From Longimicrobiales bacterium (lineage in GTDB: Bacteria > Gemmatimonadota > Gemmatimonadetes > Longimicrobiales > Gaopeijiaceae): a stretch of 64,000 nt of DNA. Positions within the stretch are counted from its first letter, which is position 1. Each line of letters opens with the position of its first letter. The notes beneath the pieces were generated by a model. It made no database searches and was not told the DNA's origin. It saw nothing but the letters and a program-made list of their open reading frames with translations. Location of the stretch: contig CBDDCX010000008.1 of NCBI GenBank assembly GCA_965226375.1, positions 1,728,001 to 1,792,000 of the forward strand, in the 5' to 3' direction. Below are positions 1-10,133 of this stretch, piece by piece. The translations under genes and the position numbers were made by a program.

Positions 1-1106
1 ACCAGCTCCGTGCGCATGTCCAGATCGAGGCCCAGCCGATCCAGTCGTTCCCGGAGAACCCGGCCGGCAGCCCGGGCCTTGGCGGCAGCATCCGGCCAGG
101 AGTAGGTAAGGGTCCCCACGGCCTTGAAGCCGTCGGAGTAGGCGATAGAGACCTTCAAGAACTCCGTAGCTTCCCGCCCCCTAACCCCTTTGACGCGAAC
201 CCGGTCGTCACCTTCCTCGTCGAGCTCGATGGTCGTGAAGTCGGCCACCACGTCGGGAGTGATGTACGTTCGGGGATCCCCCATCTCGTAGACGATCTGT
301 TCGGTGACCGTACCCCGGGTCACCCGTCCGCCTGATCCCTCGTGCTTGGTCACCACGAACGTGCCGTCGGCGGTAGCCTCGATGATGGGAAAGCCCACCT
401 CGGCAAGGTTCGGGACCGACCACCAGTCGATGAGACAATTCCCGCCGGTGCTCTGCGCGCCGCATTCGTTGATGTGCCCCGCCACCACACCGGCGGCCAG
501 ACGATCCCAATCGTCCAGCGCCCATCCGAACTCGTGAATCATGGGCGCGTACGTCAGAGCCGTATCGGTGGAGCGGCCCGTCACGATCACGTCGGCTCCC
601 CGTGAGAGGGCCTCGAGGATCGGTGTAGCACCCATGTAGACATTGGCGCTCTGCACCCGGTCGCGCAGGCTCGAGAGAGGCTCGTCGGTCTCCATGTTTC
701 GAAGCTCGTGGCCGTCGGCCAAGAGCCCGTCGAGCCGATCCATAAGATCGTCGCCGACCACCATGCCCACGGTGGCCCTGCCCCCTACTCCAGCCTCTCG
801 CCCCGCCTCGACCAAAGCCTCCGCACACCCCAGTGGATTCACGCCACCGGCGTTGGTGACGACGGTGACGCCACGCTCCACGCACGTCGGGAAGATCCGG
901 CCCATCAGGGGTACGAAGTCCCTGGCGTATCCCGCAGACGGGTCCCGGGCTCGCTGCTTCTGCATGATGGACATGGTGACCTCGGCCAGGTAGTCCATCA
1001 TGAGGTAGTCGATGTCTCCGCCCTCTACCTGACGGACGGGTGCCTCTGGGTCGTCGCCCCAAAACCCCTGGCCTGAGGCGATGCGTACGACGTCCCTGTC
1101 AGCCAT
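1..1106 (-). CDS. AtuA/DUF1446 family (acyclic terpene utilization) protein, runs off the window edge
   Basis: Not in the ORF track. Manual translation from ATG at 1106 gives [51 protein letters not shown]..., with later [20 protein letters not shown] and [14 protein letters not shown] motifs typical of AtuA. Start overlaps the stop of the upstream carboxyltransferase. Confidence 0.9.
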   Translation of the reverse strand, partial: MADRDVVRIASGQGFWGDDPEAPVRQVEGGDIDYLMMDYLAEVTMSIMQKQRARDPSAGYARDFVPLMGRIFPTCVERGVTVVTNAGGVNPLGCAEALVEAGREAGVGGRATVGMVVGDDLMDRLDGLLADGHELRNMETDEPLSSLRDRVQSANVYMGATPILEALSRGADVIVTGRSTDTALTYAPMIHEFGWALDDWDRLAAGVVAGHINECGAQSTGGNCLIDWWSVPNLAEVGFPIIEATADGTFVVTKHEGSGGRVTRGTVTEQIVYEMGDPRTYITPDVVADFTTIELDEEGDDRVRVKGVRGREATEFLKVSIAYSDGFKAVGTLTYSWPDAAAKARAAGRVLRERLDRLGLDLDMRTEL

Positions 1107-2763
1107 GGTCGGGCCCCAGGTCCAGATGGAACGGTCCAATATGGGGGCCGGGATTGTGGAGCGCGGCCTTGAGGAGGTGGACCAACGCGGGCCGAAGCTC
1201 CTCCGGCAGCACGATCTCGTCGACGAAGCCCCGGGCCGCCGCAAATCGGGCATCGAGCTGGCGGTCGTAGTCCGCACGGACCTCGTCCATGCGGGTGCTC
1301 AGATCCTCGTCGGGCACTTCGCCCTTAGCCTTGAGCTCATCGAGTTGTCGGCCGAAGAGCGCCATCACGGCGCTGTCCCCTTCCATCACACCCATACGGC
1401 CTGTTGGCAGGGAAAGGATGAAGTCCGGATCGAATCCCTGACCTGCCATGGCGTAGTAACCGGCGCCCGACGCGTGGTTCAGGGTGAGCACGAGCTTGGG
1501 CACCGTGGCGGTGGCCATGGCCTCGACGAAGCGAGCGCCGGCACGGATGATCCCCGAGTGCTCGGCCTCCGGACCCACCATGAAACCCGACACGTCCTGT
1601 ACGAACAGGATCGGTGTCCGGTGGCGATTCATGGTCTCGATGAAATACGCCACCTTTTCGGCGCTCTCCGTATAGACGATTCCGCCGAACCTGGGTGGGC
1701 CGGGCCGATCGTCCTGGATCATGCTCCGCGCGTTGGCGATGACGCCGATCGGCATCCCCCCGAGAAAGCCCGTCCCGCAGATCATCTCGGCGGCGTATTC
1801 AGGCTGGAACTCGTCGAGTCCTTCTCCGTCGAGGATACAAGCCAGCACGGCGCGCGTGTCATAGGGCTGGCGATGGTCCGGAGGAAGGAGGTCGTACAGT
1901 TCCACGGCCTCTCGGGCAGGTGCCGACCCAGCTCCGGCCTCCGGAGCCACGGCGGCCTCTCCCGGTAACTCGTAGATCAGCCTCCGCAGTTTGACGAGAC
2001 ACGCCTCGTCGTCCGGCACCATGTAGTGTGCGACACCGCTCACCTCGGTATGCACCCGCGCGCCTCCCAGCTCCTCCGAACCCACCGTCTGGCCCGTGGC
2101 CCCTTTCACGAGGTTTGGCCCTCCGAGTCCCATGAAACTCGTCCCGTCCACCATGAGAATGACGTCGGAGAGAGCCGGCAGGTATGCGCCGCCGGCGATG
2201 CACGGTCCCATCACCGCCGCGAGCTGAGGAATCCCCAGATAGCGACGCATGATGGAGTTGTAGTAAAAGATGCGGGCCGCCCCGTATTGACCGGGAAACA
2301 CCCCCCCCTGGTACGGCAGATTCACGCCGGCGGAGTCCACGAGGTAGACGATCGGAATGCGGCACCGCATAGCGATCTCTTGGGCCCGCAACATCTTCTT
2401 GATGGTCTCGGGCCACCACGATCCCGCCTTCACGGTGGCGTCGTTCGCCACCACAACGACCTCCCGCCCTTCAACCACGCCCACTCCCGTCACCACGCCG
2501 GCACCGGGGGCACCGCCGTCGTATTGATCGTGGGCAACGAGCAGGCCGACCTCGAACCACGTGCTCCCGGCATCCAGAAGGTGCCCTACCCGTTCGCGGG
2601 CGGTCAGCTTTCCCTGGTCGTGCTGACGTTGGATCCGTTCCGGTCCGCCGCCTTGCAAGAGCGTGGACCGGAGCTCCTTCAACTCCTCCCCTAACTCGAA
2701 AAGGCGACCCTGGCCCTGAGGGGTCCGAGGCTCTTCGTCGGCAGCGTCCCCGGTCGGGGTCAC
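1099..2763 (-). CDS. Acyl-CoA carboxylase beta (carboxyltransferase) subunit, methylcrotonyl/geranyl/propionyl-CoA carboxylase type
   Basis: ORF 1099..2856; motifs [55 protein letters not shown]. Likely GTG start at 2763, just after the upstream gene's stop. Confidence 0.9.
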   Translation of the reverse strand: MTPTGDAADEEPRTPQGQGRLFELGEELKELRSTLLQGGGPERIQRQHDQGKLTARERVGHLLDAGSTWFEVGLLVAHDQYDGGAPGAGVVTGVGVVEGREVVVVANDATVKAGSWWPETIKKMLRAQEIAMRCRIPIVYLVDSAGVNLPYQGGVFPGQYGAARIFYYNSIMRRYLGIPQLAAVMGPCIAGGAYLPALSDVILMVDGTSFMGLGGPNLVKGATGQTVGSEELGGARVHTEVSGVAHYMVPDDEACLVKLRRLIYELPGEAAVAPEAGAGSAPAREAVELYDLLPPDHRQPYDTRAVLACILDGEGLDEFQPEYAAEMICGTGFLGGMPIGVIANARSMIQDDRPGPPRFGGIVYTESAEKVAYFIETMNRHRTPILFVQDVSGFMVGPEAEHSGIIRAGARFVEAMATATVPKLVLTLNHASGAGYYAMAGQGFDPDFILSLPTGRMGVMEGDSAVMALFGRQLDELKAKGEVPDEDLSTRMDEVRADYDRQLDARFAAARGFVDEIVLPEELRPALVHLLKAALHNPGPHIGPFHLDLGPDHG

Positions 2764-2764
2764 G

Positions 2765-3184
2765 TCAGACCCTCTCCTCTCGCGTGGCGAACCAATCGCG
2801 GATATACGCCACCGCATCGGTGGTGGACGTCCCTGGACCGAACAGCTGCCCAACACCCTCCTCCTTCAGGGCACGCATGTCCTCCTCGGGAATGATCCCT
2901 CCCCCGGTCAGGAGCATGTGATCCGCACCCTCCTCCCTGAGCAACCCGAGCACTCTCGGAAAAAGCGTCATGTGCGCCCCCGACAGGACGGACAAGGCGA
3001 CCACATCGACGTCCTCCTGGACCGCGGCATTCACGATCATCTCCGGCGTCTGATGGAGGCCCGTGTAAATAACCTCGAAACCTGCGTCCCGGAACGATGC
3101 GGCAATCACCTTGGCCCCGCGGTCGTGTCCGTCCAATCCCGGCTTGGCCACGAGCACCCGGATCTTTCGATCCTCCGACGTCAT
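2765..3184 (-). CDS. Cobalamin (B12)-binding small subunit of an acyl-CoA mutase
   Basis: [13 protein letters not shown] (DxHxxG), SVLSGAH and GGIIP motifs; GGAG-type RBS upstream. Confidence 0.93.
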   Translation of the reverse strand: MTSEDRKIRVLVAKPGLDGHDRGAKVIAASFRDAGFEVIYTGLHQTPEMIVNAAVQEDVDVVALSVLSGAHMTLFPRVLGLLREEGADHMLLTGGGIIPEEDMRALKEEGVGQLFGPGTSTTDAVAYIRDWFATREERV

Positions 3185-3399
3185 TGGATTCTCCGTTTGG
3201 GAATGCTCGAAGCGCGATCCGATCGGGTCGCTCGAAGCGTTTCAAATGTATTCGATTCAGCGGGGACGTCACTAGTGTGCGGGGCCATGACTTGATAAGG
3301 GACCGGCGGGGAGGCGAGTTTCCGAGCTGGATTCGTAACTACTTGCACCGACCGCTTGCCCGAACCGCGACCACCACGATGATCCCTTTGGAGATCGAC

Positions 3400-4953
3400 A
3401 TGAAGATGCCCCGTTTACCCAGCCTCACAGTGCTCGCCTGGATCACGGCCCTCGTGGCCGCACCCGGTGGCGCAGCACAGACGTTCCCGACCGATGATCC
3501 GGTCATCCGAGCCATCTGGGAGCAGGGCATGGAAGAGGGATCTCAGATCCAAAGCCTTGCCCAGACGCTCCTGGATTCGATCGGTCCGCGGCTTTCGGGC
3601 AGTCCTGGTCAACGAGCCGCGATCGACTGGGTCGCGAGCATGTACGAGGGGTGGAACGTGCCTGCCCGACTAGAGGAATACGGCACCTGGCAAGGCTGGG
3701 ACCGTGGCTACACCCACATCGATCTGATCGCGCCGAGAAAGCGGACACTGAGCGGGATGATGCTGGCCTGGAGCCCCGGCACTGACGGTCCGGTCGAGGG
3801 CGAAGTCATAGCCCTGCCCACCTTCTCGAACCGATCCGAGTTCCAGTCCTGGCTCCCACAGGCGTCAGGCAAGTTCGTCGCCCTCAGCTACGCCGAGCCC
3901 ACCTGTCGGGCACCCGAAAGCTGGGAGGCGCTGGCGACGCCGGAGTCGGTGGAGCGCATGGAAGCGCTGCAGGCGAGCGTCCGCGGCGAGTGGAACCAGG
4001 GGGTGGGGAGCGCCGGCGGACCGGGGCAGGTCGCGGCGGCCCTTGAACAGGCGGGAGCCCTGGGCGTGCTCACGAGCCGCTGGTCCAACGGATGGGGAGC
4101 CAACAAGATTTTCTCTTCCGCCACGCGGACGGTTCCTTCCCTGCATCTGAGTTGCGAGGACTATGGACTGGTGCACCGGTTGGCGTCGAATGGTCAGGGT
4201 CCTCGGCTGCGCGTGGACGCCCAGGCCGAGGATCTCGGTGAGGTCCCGGTGGCGAACGTCATCGGCGAGATACGAGGAACCGAGCTTCCGGACGAGTACG
4301 TTCTGCTCACGGCGCACTTGGACTCCTGGGACGGAGCCTCGGGCGCGACGGACAACGGCACGGGCACGGTCATGATGATGGAGGCCATGCGGATCCTGAG
4401 GGAAGTGTATCCCCGACCTCGCCGCACGATCGTGGTGGCCCACTGGGGCGGCGAGGAGCAAGGGCTCATCGGCTCCAGCGCCTTCGCGGAGGACCATCCG
4501 GAGGTCGTGGACGGTCTACAGGCCGCCTTCAACCAGGACAACGGCACCTGGCGGATCGACTACATTCGCATGCAGGGATTCGCGGAAGCGGGCCGGAGCT
4601 TCGGCGGCTGGTTCGGGAAGATCCCTCTCGAGATCGCGCAACACGTCGAGCTCGACATTCCGGGCATTCCGGAACGGGGAGGGAGCGACCACATGTCGTT
4701 CATCTGCCGAGGGACCACGGGATTCCGCCTGCAATCCCACTATCCCGACTACCGGCAATACACCTGGCATACCGACATCGATACGTACGACAAGCTCGTG
4801 TTCGATGACCTGCGAAACAACGCGACGCTGGCGGCTATGTTGGCCTACTTGGCCTCGGAGGACGCCGAGCGGGTGTCGAACGCACAGAGGACCCTCCCGG
4901 GCAACCAGCAGTGGCCGGGGTGTCGTCCCGCCCGGCGAAGCTCCGGGAGATAG
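3400..4953 (+). CDS. Secreted M28 family metallopeptidase (carboxypeptidase Q-like)
   Basis: Signal-like N-terminus MKMPRLPSLTVLAWITALVAAPGGAAQ; AHLDSWD, GATDNGTG, GEEQGLIGS, SDH and WHT motifs. Confidence 0.88.
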   Translation: MKMPRLPSLTVLAWITALVAAPGGAAQTFPTDDPVIRAIWEQGMEEGSQIQSLAQTLLDSIGPRLSGSPGQRAAIDWVASMYEGWNVPARLEEYGTWQGWDRGYTHIDLIAPRKRTLSGMMLAWSPGTDGPVEGEVIALPTFSNRSEFQSWLPQASGKFVALSYAEPTCRAPESWEALATPESVERMEALQASVRGEWNQGVGSAGGPGQVAAALEQAGALGVLTSRWSNGWGANKIFSSATRTVPSLHLSCEDYGLVHRLASNGQGPRLRVDAQAEDLGEVPVANVIGEIRGTELPDEYVLLTAHLDSWDGASGATDNGTGTVMMMEAMRILREVYPRPRRTIVVAHWGGEEQGLIGSSAFAEDHPEVVDGLQAAFNQDNGTWRIDYIRMQGFAEAGRSFGGWFGKIPLEIAQHVELDIPGIPERGGSDHMSFICRGTTGFRLQSHYPDYRQYTWHTDIDTYDKLVFDDLRNNATLAAMLAYLASEDAERVSNAQRTLPGNQQWPGCRPARRSSGR

Positions 4954-5070
4954 CCGAGGCCACACGAACCGCTGGACAAACAGGACGTTCGTGCATAACA
5001 TCGGCCAGTTTCGGGCCGTTTGAGGATTGGCCGGTAAGAATTCAAGCTCGCCAGTTGGAGGAGATAATCG

Positions 5071-5493
5071 ATGGCGCGGATTCGTGTCACGCTGCAGTGG
5101 ATCAAGATTCTCGACAAGCTCGAACCGTTTTTCAAAGAGACGGGAGAGTTCCGCTTCCGGTCCAATGTTTCGAGTGAGAACTCAGGTGGTCTCGCGGAGG
5201 AGACCCGCTTCCCCGAAGAGGGACACTACTCCCTATCGGACAAGCCGGGATGGAATTTCGTGACGTTGAACAAGGTCCTGTTCGACGGCGACGTCGAAGA
5301 CCACCTGGTCGTGGAGCTGTTCGGCGAAGAGATCGACACCTTCTCCGCGAACGATGAGCTCGATCGGTACCGCCGGGAGTTCAGTGGTCCGGTTGATGAG
5401 TGGGCGGGTCTCTACGAGCCCGCGGACGAGGGATCGACCGATCCTGAAGCGATGTCCAACTGGCGCATCAGCTACATTATCGAGAAGGTTTAG
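5071..5493 (+). CDS. Hypothetical acidic protein (140 aa)
   Basis: Strong GGAGGAG RBS, protein-like composition, convergent with the mutase gene. Confidence 0.8.
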   Translation: MARIRVTLQWIKILDKLEPFFKETGEFRFRSNVSSENSGGLAEETRFPEEGHYSLSDKPGWNFVTLNKVLFDGDVEDHLVVELFGEEIDTFSANDELDRYRREFSGPVDEWAGLYEPADEGSTDPEAMSNWRISYIIEKV

Positions 5494-7214
5494 AAAAACA
5501 CGGGCTCCTTGTAGCTCCCGAAGACGATCTCCATGGCGTGCCGGATCTCGTACAGCGTACAGTCCGCCCGCGCACAGTCGAGGATCGCCGGGACCACGTT
5601 TCCACCGTCACGGCACACGCCCTCGAGATGCCCCAGGGTTTCTTGTACCCGGGCGTTGTCTCTTCCGGCGCGAAGCTCGGCCATACGCTGACGCTGACGT
5701 TCCTCGGCAGAAGCATCGATCTTGAGCGTGTCGATCTCGACGTCCTCTGAGCCCTCTGTGAACTCGTTCACGCCCACTACCAGTCGAGTGGACGACTCCA
5801 CCTCGCCCTGCTGGCGCATGGCCGAGGTCGCGATCTCCTGCTGGAAGAAGCCGGTCTCGATGCCAGGAACGACACCGCCCAGGTCGTCGATCTGCTGGAA
5901 CAAGTCGAGCGCTTCGGCCTCCAGCCGGTCCGTAAGCGACTCCACATAGTACGAACCCGCGAGCGGGTCGATCGTGTTGGGCACACCACTCTCGTAGGCA
6001 AGGATCTGCTGCGTACGAAGCGCGATCCGGACCGCCTTCTCCGTCGGAAGTGACAGGGTCTCGTCCATCGAGTTGGTGTGCAGAGACTGGGTGCCACCCA
6101 ACACGGCAGCCATGGCCTGATACGCGACACGCACGATGTTGTTCTCAGGCTGCTGAGCCGTGAGGCTCACCCCGGCCGTCTGGGCGTGGGTACGGAGCCT
6201 CCAAGCATCGGGATTCGTGGCGCCGTACTTGTCCCGCATGACCCGAGCCCAGATTCGCCTGGCCGCCCGGAACTTGGCAATTTCCTCGAAGAAGTCATTG
6301 TGGACATCGAAGAAGAAGGAGAGGCGCGGCGCGAAGAGGTCCACGTCCAGGCCCCGCTCAATTCCCCGTTCCACGTACTCGAAGCCGTTCCGGAGCGTGA
6401 ACGCCAACTCCTGAGTGGCGGTGGCACCGGCTTCGCGAATGTGGTATCCGGAGATGGAGATCGGGTTGTACTTCGGGGCATGCTCCGAGCACCACTCGAA
6501 CATGTCGACGACGCAGCGCAACGCGGGTTCCGGAGGAAAGACCCACGCGTGCTGGGCCTGGTATTCCTTCAGGATGTCGTTCTGCACCGTGCCGCGCAGC
6601 TTGTCCGGCGAGATTCCCTGCCGCTCCGCGGCCGCTACGTAGAAGCAGTAGAGGATGACGGCCGGCCCATTGATGGTCATGGAGACGGAGACGCGGTCGA
6701 GTGGCATTCCTTCGAAGAGCGTCTCCATGTCGTTCAAGGACGAGACGGCGACTCCACAGACCCCCACCTCACCCAGTGAGCGTGGGTGATCGCTGTCATA
6801 GCCCATGAGAGTGGGAAAGTCGAAGGCTACCGAGAGACCCGTGGTACCGTGTGCCAACAGGTACTTATACCGCTCGTTCGTCTCCTCGGCCGTGGCAAAT
6901 CCCGCAAACTGCCGCATCGTCCACAGACGCGTGCGATACATGGTCGAGTAGGGACCGCGAGTGAACGGAAACTGGCCTGGAACCCCCAGAGCCTCCTCAT
7001 AGCTGTCCGCCCCTTCCCTGTCAGCGGGCGTGTAGAGCGGCTGGATCTCCATGCCGGAGAGGCTGCTGAAGAGGGCGTCCCGCGTGGGTGTCGCTCCGAA
7101 CTTCTCCTCCCACACCTTCAACTGTTCCTGAAGCCGCTCGATCTCGGCGTTCTGCTCGGCCACCTTCTCCATCAGGTCACCGGGAGACGGAATATCGCGC
7201 TCTAGTGTGGACAT
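5490..7214 (-). CDS. B12-dependent acyl-CoA mutase large subunit (MCM family; isobutyryl-CoA mutase-like residues)
   Basis: PGQFPFTRG, WTMRQFAGF, GLSVAFDFPT, QNDILKEYQAQ, SISGYHIREAG, GGTQSLHTNS motifs. Confidence 0.92.
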   Translation of the reverse strand: MSTLERDIPSPGDLMEKVAEQNAEIERLQEQLKVWEEKFGATPTRDALFSSLSGMEIQPLYTPADREGADSYEEALGVPGQFPFTRGPYSTMYRTRLWTMRQFAGFATAEETNERYKYLLAHGTTGLSVAFDFPTLMGYDSDHPRSLGEVGVCGVAVSSLNDMETLFEGMPLDRVSVSMTINGPAVILYCFYVAAAERQGISPDKLRGTVQNDILKEYQAQHAWVFPPEPALRCVVDMFEWCSEHAPKYNPISISGYHIREAGATATQELAFTLRNGFEYVERGIERGLDVDLFAPRLSFFFDVHNDFFEEIAKFRAARRIWARVMRDKYGATNPDAWRLRTHAQTAGVSLTAQQPENNIVRVAYQAMAAVLGGTQSLHTNSMDETLSLPTEKAVRIALRTQQILAYESGVPNTIDPLAGSYYVESLTDRLEAEALDLFQQIDDLGGVVPGIETGFFQQEIATSAMRQQGEVESSTRLVVGVNEFTEGSEDVEIDTLKIDASAEERQRQRMAELRAGRDNARVQETLGHLEGVCRDGGNVVPAILDCARADCTLYEIRHAMEIVFGSYKEPVFF

Positions 7215-7226
7215 GTTCGAAGTTTA
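7215..7226 (-). promoter_or_regulatory. Putative -10 box (TAAACT) 6 nt upstream of the mutase ATG; leaderless promoter candidate
   Basis: Minus strand reads TAAACT-TCGAAC-ATG with no SD sequence. Confidence 0.45.
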
Positions 7227-7266
7227 CCCGTTTCTCAGCGAAATGTCCCGAGTACTCGGAGCCTGA

Positions 7267-7298
7267 TAGTGGGTCAGTTTGAACAAATTGACCCACTA
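7267..7298. repeat. 32-bp near-perfect palindrome (mini inverted-repeat element or hairpin)
   Basis: TAGTGGGTCAGTTTG-AA-CAAATTGACCCACTA; CGGAGCCT occurs on both sides (7257-7264 and 7301-7308). Confidence 0.8.
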
Positions 7299-7307
7299 CC
7301 CGGAGCC

Positions 7308-8381
7308 TCAGGTCCGATTCAGTAGATCGTCCAGAATGGACGAGGACACGGAGTAGGGGGTCGCCTCGCCGTCCTGAATCCGGTCGAGACCCTTGTTCAG
7401 GAGTGCCACGACGCTCTCACGCCCCCACAGAATGCCGCGGATCTCCCGATTGGCCACCTCTCGGACCCGGACGGCCGCCCTGGCCCTACGCCTTACCCGG
7501 AGCTCGCCGGACTCCGTCAGAAACCTCCCGTGCTCCCCGATCGCTGCCAACAACTCGGGGACGCCCTCACCCGTTTGAGCGACGGTCTTGAGGACCGGGA
7601 TGTCCCACACGGGCCCCTCGACGATCGGCTCCGGCGCGATCGGCTCCTTCGTCCCTAGACGCGACAGATCCACCCCATGATGGGCCGGCACGTTACTCAA
7701 GGCCCTTCCGGCCCTCAGATGTAGGGCCATCCGCAGGTCCTTGAGCAGGCGGTCCGCTCCGGGTCGATCCGCCTTGTTCACCACGAAGATGTCGGCGATC
7801 TCCATGAGCCCTGCCTTCATGGCTTGAATCCCGTCGCCGGACTCGGGAACGAGCACGACCACCACAGTGTCCGCCGCTCCCGTGATCTCGAGCTCCGTCT
7901 GACCCACGCCCACGGTCTCGACCATGATGCGGCCGAGCCCGAACGCATCCATCAGGTCGATCACCTCTTTGGTGGTGATGGCCAGCCCCCCCAAGGAACC
8001 GCGTGTGGCCATGGAGCGGATGAATATCCCCTTGTCGGTCGACAGGTCATTCATCCGGATCCGGTCGCCGAGAAGCGCACCTCCCGAGTACGGCGACGTG
8101 GGGTCGACCGCGACGATACCCACCTCGTCACCCTCGGCACGGCAGAGAGTCGCGAGAGCCGCGATGAGGCTGGACTTCCCCGCGCCGGGCGGGCCGGTCA
8201 TGCCGAGACGGCGAGCCCGAGGCCCCTGGTCGAGGGCTCGGTGCAGAAACCCTTGGAACGACGGGCGTTCGCCCTCGATCACCGAAATAGCCCTGGCGAG
8301 CGCCAAGCGCTCTCCTGCTCGGAACCGCTCCAGCAGCGATTCGAGCGCATCCGGTAACGGCTTCAGGATCTCCTCGGTCAT
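7308..8381 (-). CDS. meaB: Mutase-associated GTPase MeaB
   Basis: GPPGAGKSS, VDPTSPYSGGALLGDRIRM, ETVGVGQ, GDGIQAMKAG, NKAD motifs; ATG at 8381 overlaps the ABC1 stop. Confidence 0.93.
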   Translation of the reverse strand: MTEEILKPLPDALESLLERFRAGERLALARAISVIEGERPSFQGFLHRALDQGPRARRLGMTGPPGAGKSSLIAALATLCRAEGDEVGIVAVDPTSPYSGGALLGDRIRMNDLSTDKGIFIRSMATRGSLGGLAITTKEVIDLMDAFGLGRIMVETVGVGQTELEITGAADTVVVVLVPESGDGIQAMKAGLMEIADIFVVNKADRPGADRLLKDLRMALHLRAGRALSNVPAHHGVDLSRLGTKEPIAPEPIVEGPVWDIPVLKTVAQTGEGVPELLAAIGEHGRFLTESGELRVRRRARAAVRVREVANREIRGILWGRESVVALLNKGLDRIQDGEATPYSVSSSILDDLLNRT

Positions 8382-10039
8382 CGGTGGCGCTCTCCAGGGC
8401 GGATCCGTCGGGCATGACGCAACGGATTCTCGAGCAGGTGCGTCGGGATGAAAAACACTAGCACGAACATGAGCAGCGCCAATCCGAGGCCCAACGCAAG
8501 AAGCCATACGCTCCGTATCGAGATGAAGAGGATCGAAGAGATGACCGCCGTCGCGGTGGCGAAGATGCTGAGGGTGACGCGACGGGCCTGCAGGTGGAGA
8601 AAGCGCTCCTGACCCTGAATATCCCGAGGATGCACGCGGACCCTAAGTTCCTCACGCTCGGCCCTGGTCAGGAGATCCCTCATGGTGCGGAGAGCCGCCT
8701 GAGCATCGCCGAGCAAGTCCCTGGCCACGGAGACGGGCTCACGTACCGCCGTCTTCACGATCTCGCCTCTCAGGTCTCGCACGACCCGCTTCAGCACCCC
8801 CAGACCATCGAAATTGCGGTCGTACCGAATCCCCAAACCTTCCAAGAGGGCCGCAGCCCGAAAGAAGTAGACGAGCTCCTGAGGAAGCATGATGGGCCAC
8901 GTGTAGAAGGTGTCGAAGATTTCCTGTACGATCTCTTCGATGCGGTCCCGATTCGAGATCCGCATCCGGGCCATCACGGAGAGGATCTCCGTGGCCGCTT
9001 CGCGAATCTCTCCCCGGGAGACCTCAGGGCTGATCATGCCGAGTCGGTACATGCCGTTGATCATCCCGTCCAGGTCGTCCCTCTCCACCGCCAAAGCGAG
9101 ATCGAGGATGTACTCCCGCGTCCACCGGGGCACGTCGAGGACCATTCCCCAGTCGAGGACCACGATGGTCCCATCTTCCTGCACCAGGAGATTCCCCGGA
9201 TGGGGGTCGGCGTGGAGAACTCCATCCACCATCATCATCCGGAGGTAGAGGCCGGTGAGACGCTCCATCAACTCCGTGAATCGGAGGTGACCCGACTCGA
9301 AGAAGTCGTCCAGCTGATCGATCTTCGTTCCCGAACAACGCTCCATTACCAATACGCGGCGGCGTGTGAAGTCGGAGAGAACCTCGGGGGCCCTGACCTT
9401 CGGATCGCTCCTGAAGTGCCGCTGAAAACGCTCGATGTTCTCTGCTTCGTGGTGGAAGTCCATCTCCTCGCGAACGCGGTGCGAGAACTCTCGGACCACA
9501 TTGGTCAGCGCCTGAACGTGATGGTTGGGGAAAAGGATGTTGAGCCAGTACAGGAGAGTGAACCCGATGTCGAGATCCAAGGCCACCAGCTCCTCCACCC
9601 CGGGCCGTAGCACCTTCACCACCACATCACGACCTCCCACGACGGCGCCGTGCACCTGACCCAGGCTGGCCGCCGCCATCGGCTCCCGCTCGAACTCGTC
9701 GAAGGCCTCGTCCACCGAGCGGCCGAGATCCTCCTCGAGCACCGCGATGATTTCATCCGGGGGATCGGGCGGCGCCTGGTCCTGGAGAGTTCCGATGGCC
9801 GTCAGGTACGGCTCAGGGAAGATGTCGGCTCTTGCCGAAAGCAGTTGAGCGAGCTTGATGAACGTGGGGCCGAGACCCGCCACGCGCTTCACCAGCTTCT
9901 CCGCTCTGCGCTGATGATGGCGCTCACTCCGCCGGGCCGGGCGCCCCAAGATGATCCACCGTCTCCGGTCTCGCAGAAACGCCACCACGAAAGGCGTGAG
10001 CCCGGTGACGACCCGAAGTCCCCTGAAAAGGCGCTTCAC
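8378..10039 (-). CDS. AarF/ABC1/UbiB family atypical kinase
   Basis: LGPTFIKLAQ, AAASLGQVH, VVKVLRPG, HADPHPGN, DWGM motifs; two C-terminal TM helices. Confidence 0.92.
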   Translation of the reverse strand: MKRLFRGLRVVTGLTPFVVAFLRDRRRWIILGRPARRSERHHQRRAEKLVKRVAGLGPTFIKLAQLLSARADIFPEPYLTAIGTLQDQAPPDPPDEIIAVLEEDLGRSVDEAFDEFEREPMAAASLGQVHGAVVGGRDVVVKVLRPGVEELVALDLDIGFTLLYWLNILFPNHHVQALTNVVREFSHRVREEMDFHHEAENIERFQRHFRSDPKVRAPEVLSDFTRRRVLVMERCSGTKIDQLDDFFESGHLRFTELMERLTGLYLRMMMVDGVLHADPHPGNLLVQEDGTIVVLDWGMVLDVPRWTREYILDLALAVERDDLDGMINGMYRLGMISPEVSRGEIREAATEILSVMARMRISNRDRIEEIVQEIFDTFYTWPIMLPQELVYFFRAAALLEGLGIRYDRNFDGLGVLKRVVRDLRGEIVKTAVREPVSVARDLLGDAQAALRTMRDLLTRAEREELRVRVHPRDIQGQERFLHLQARRVTLSIFATATAVISSILFISIRSVWLLALGLGLALLMFVLVFFIPTHLLENPLRHARRIRPGERHR

Positions 10040-10065
10040 GACGACGCTCGCACCACGAATCGTTG

Positions 10066-10133
10066 CCGAATCGTGATGCCATACCGAATCGTCATGTCAT
10101 ACCGAATCGTCATGTCATACCGAATCGTCATGC
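10066..10133. repeat. Tandem repeat, 18-bp unit (CCGAATCGTCATGTCATA), about 4 copies
   Basis: CCGAATCGT starts at 10066, 10084, 10102 and 10120 in the mgtE-ABC1 intergenic gap. Confidence 0.9.

Noticed and set aside
3272..3360. Another CTAGTGT-type mini-element
   Set aside because: A left-end-like sequence is present but I could not find a matching ACACTAG right end.
3097..3399. Long N-terminal ORF extensions (M28 peptidase, meaB, trpF, trpC, purC, vanZ)
   Set aside because: They overlap neighbouring genes or promoters; downstream starts with an RBS or stop/start overlap fit better.
3185..3399. Cobalamin riboswitch upstream of the B12-binding subunit
   Set aside because: No recognisable B12-box or conserved core seen by eye; an Rfam search would be needed to exclude it fully.
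10066..10133. Possible CRISPR array
   Set aside because: Units are 18 bp and directly adjacent with no unique spacers; no cas genes in the window.
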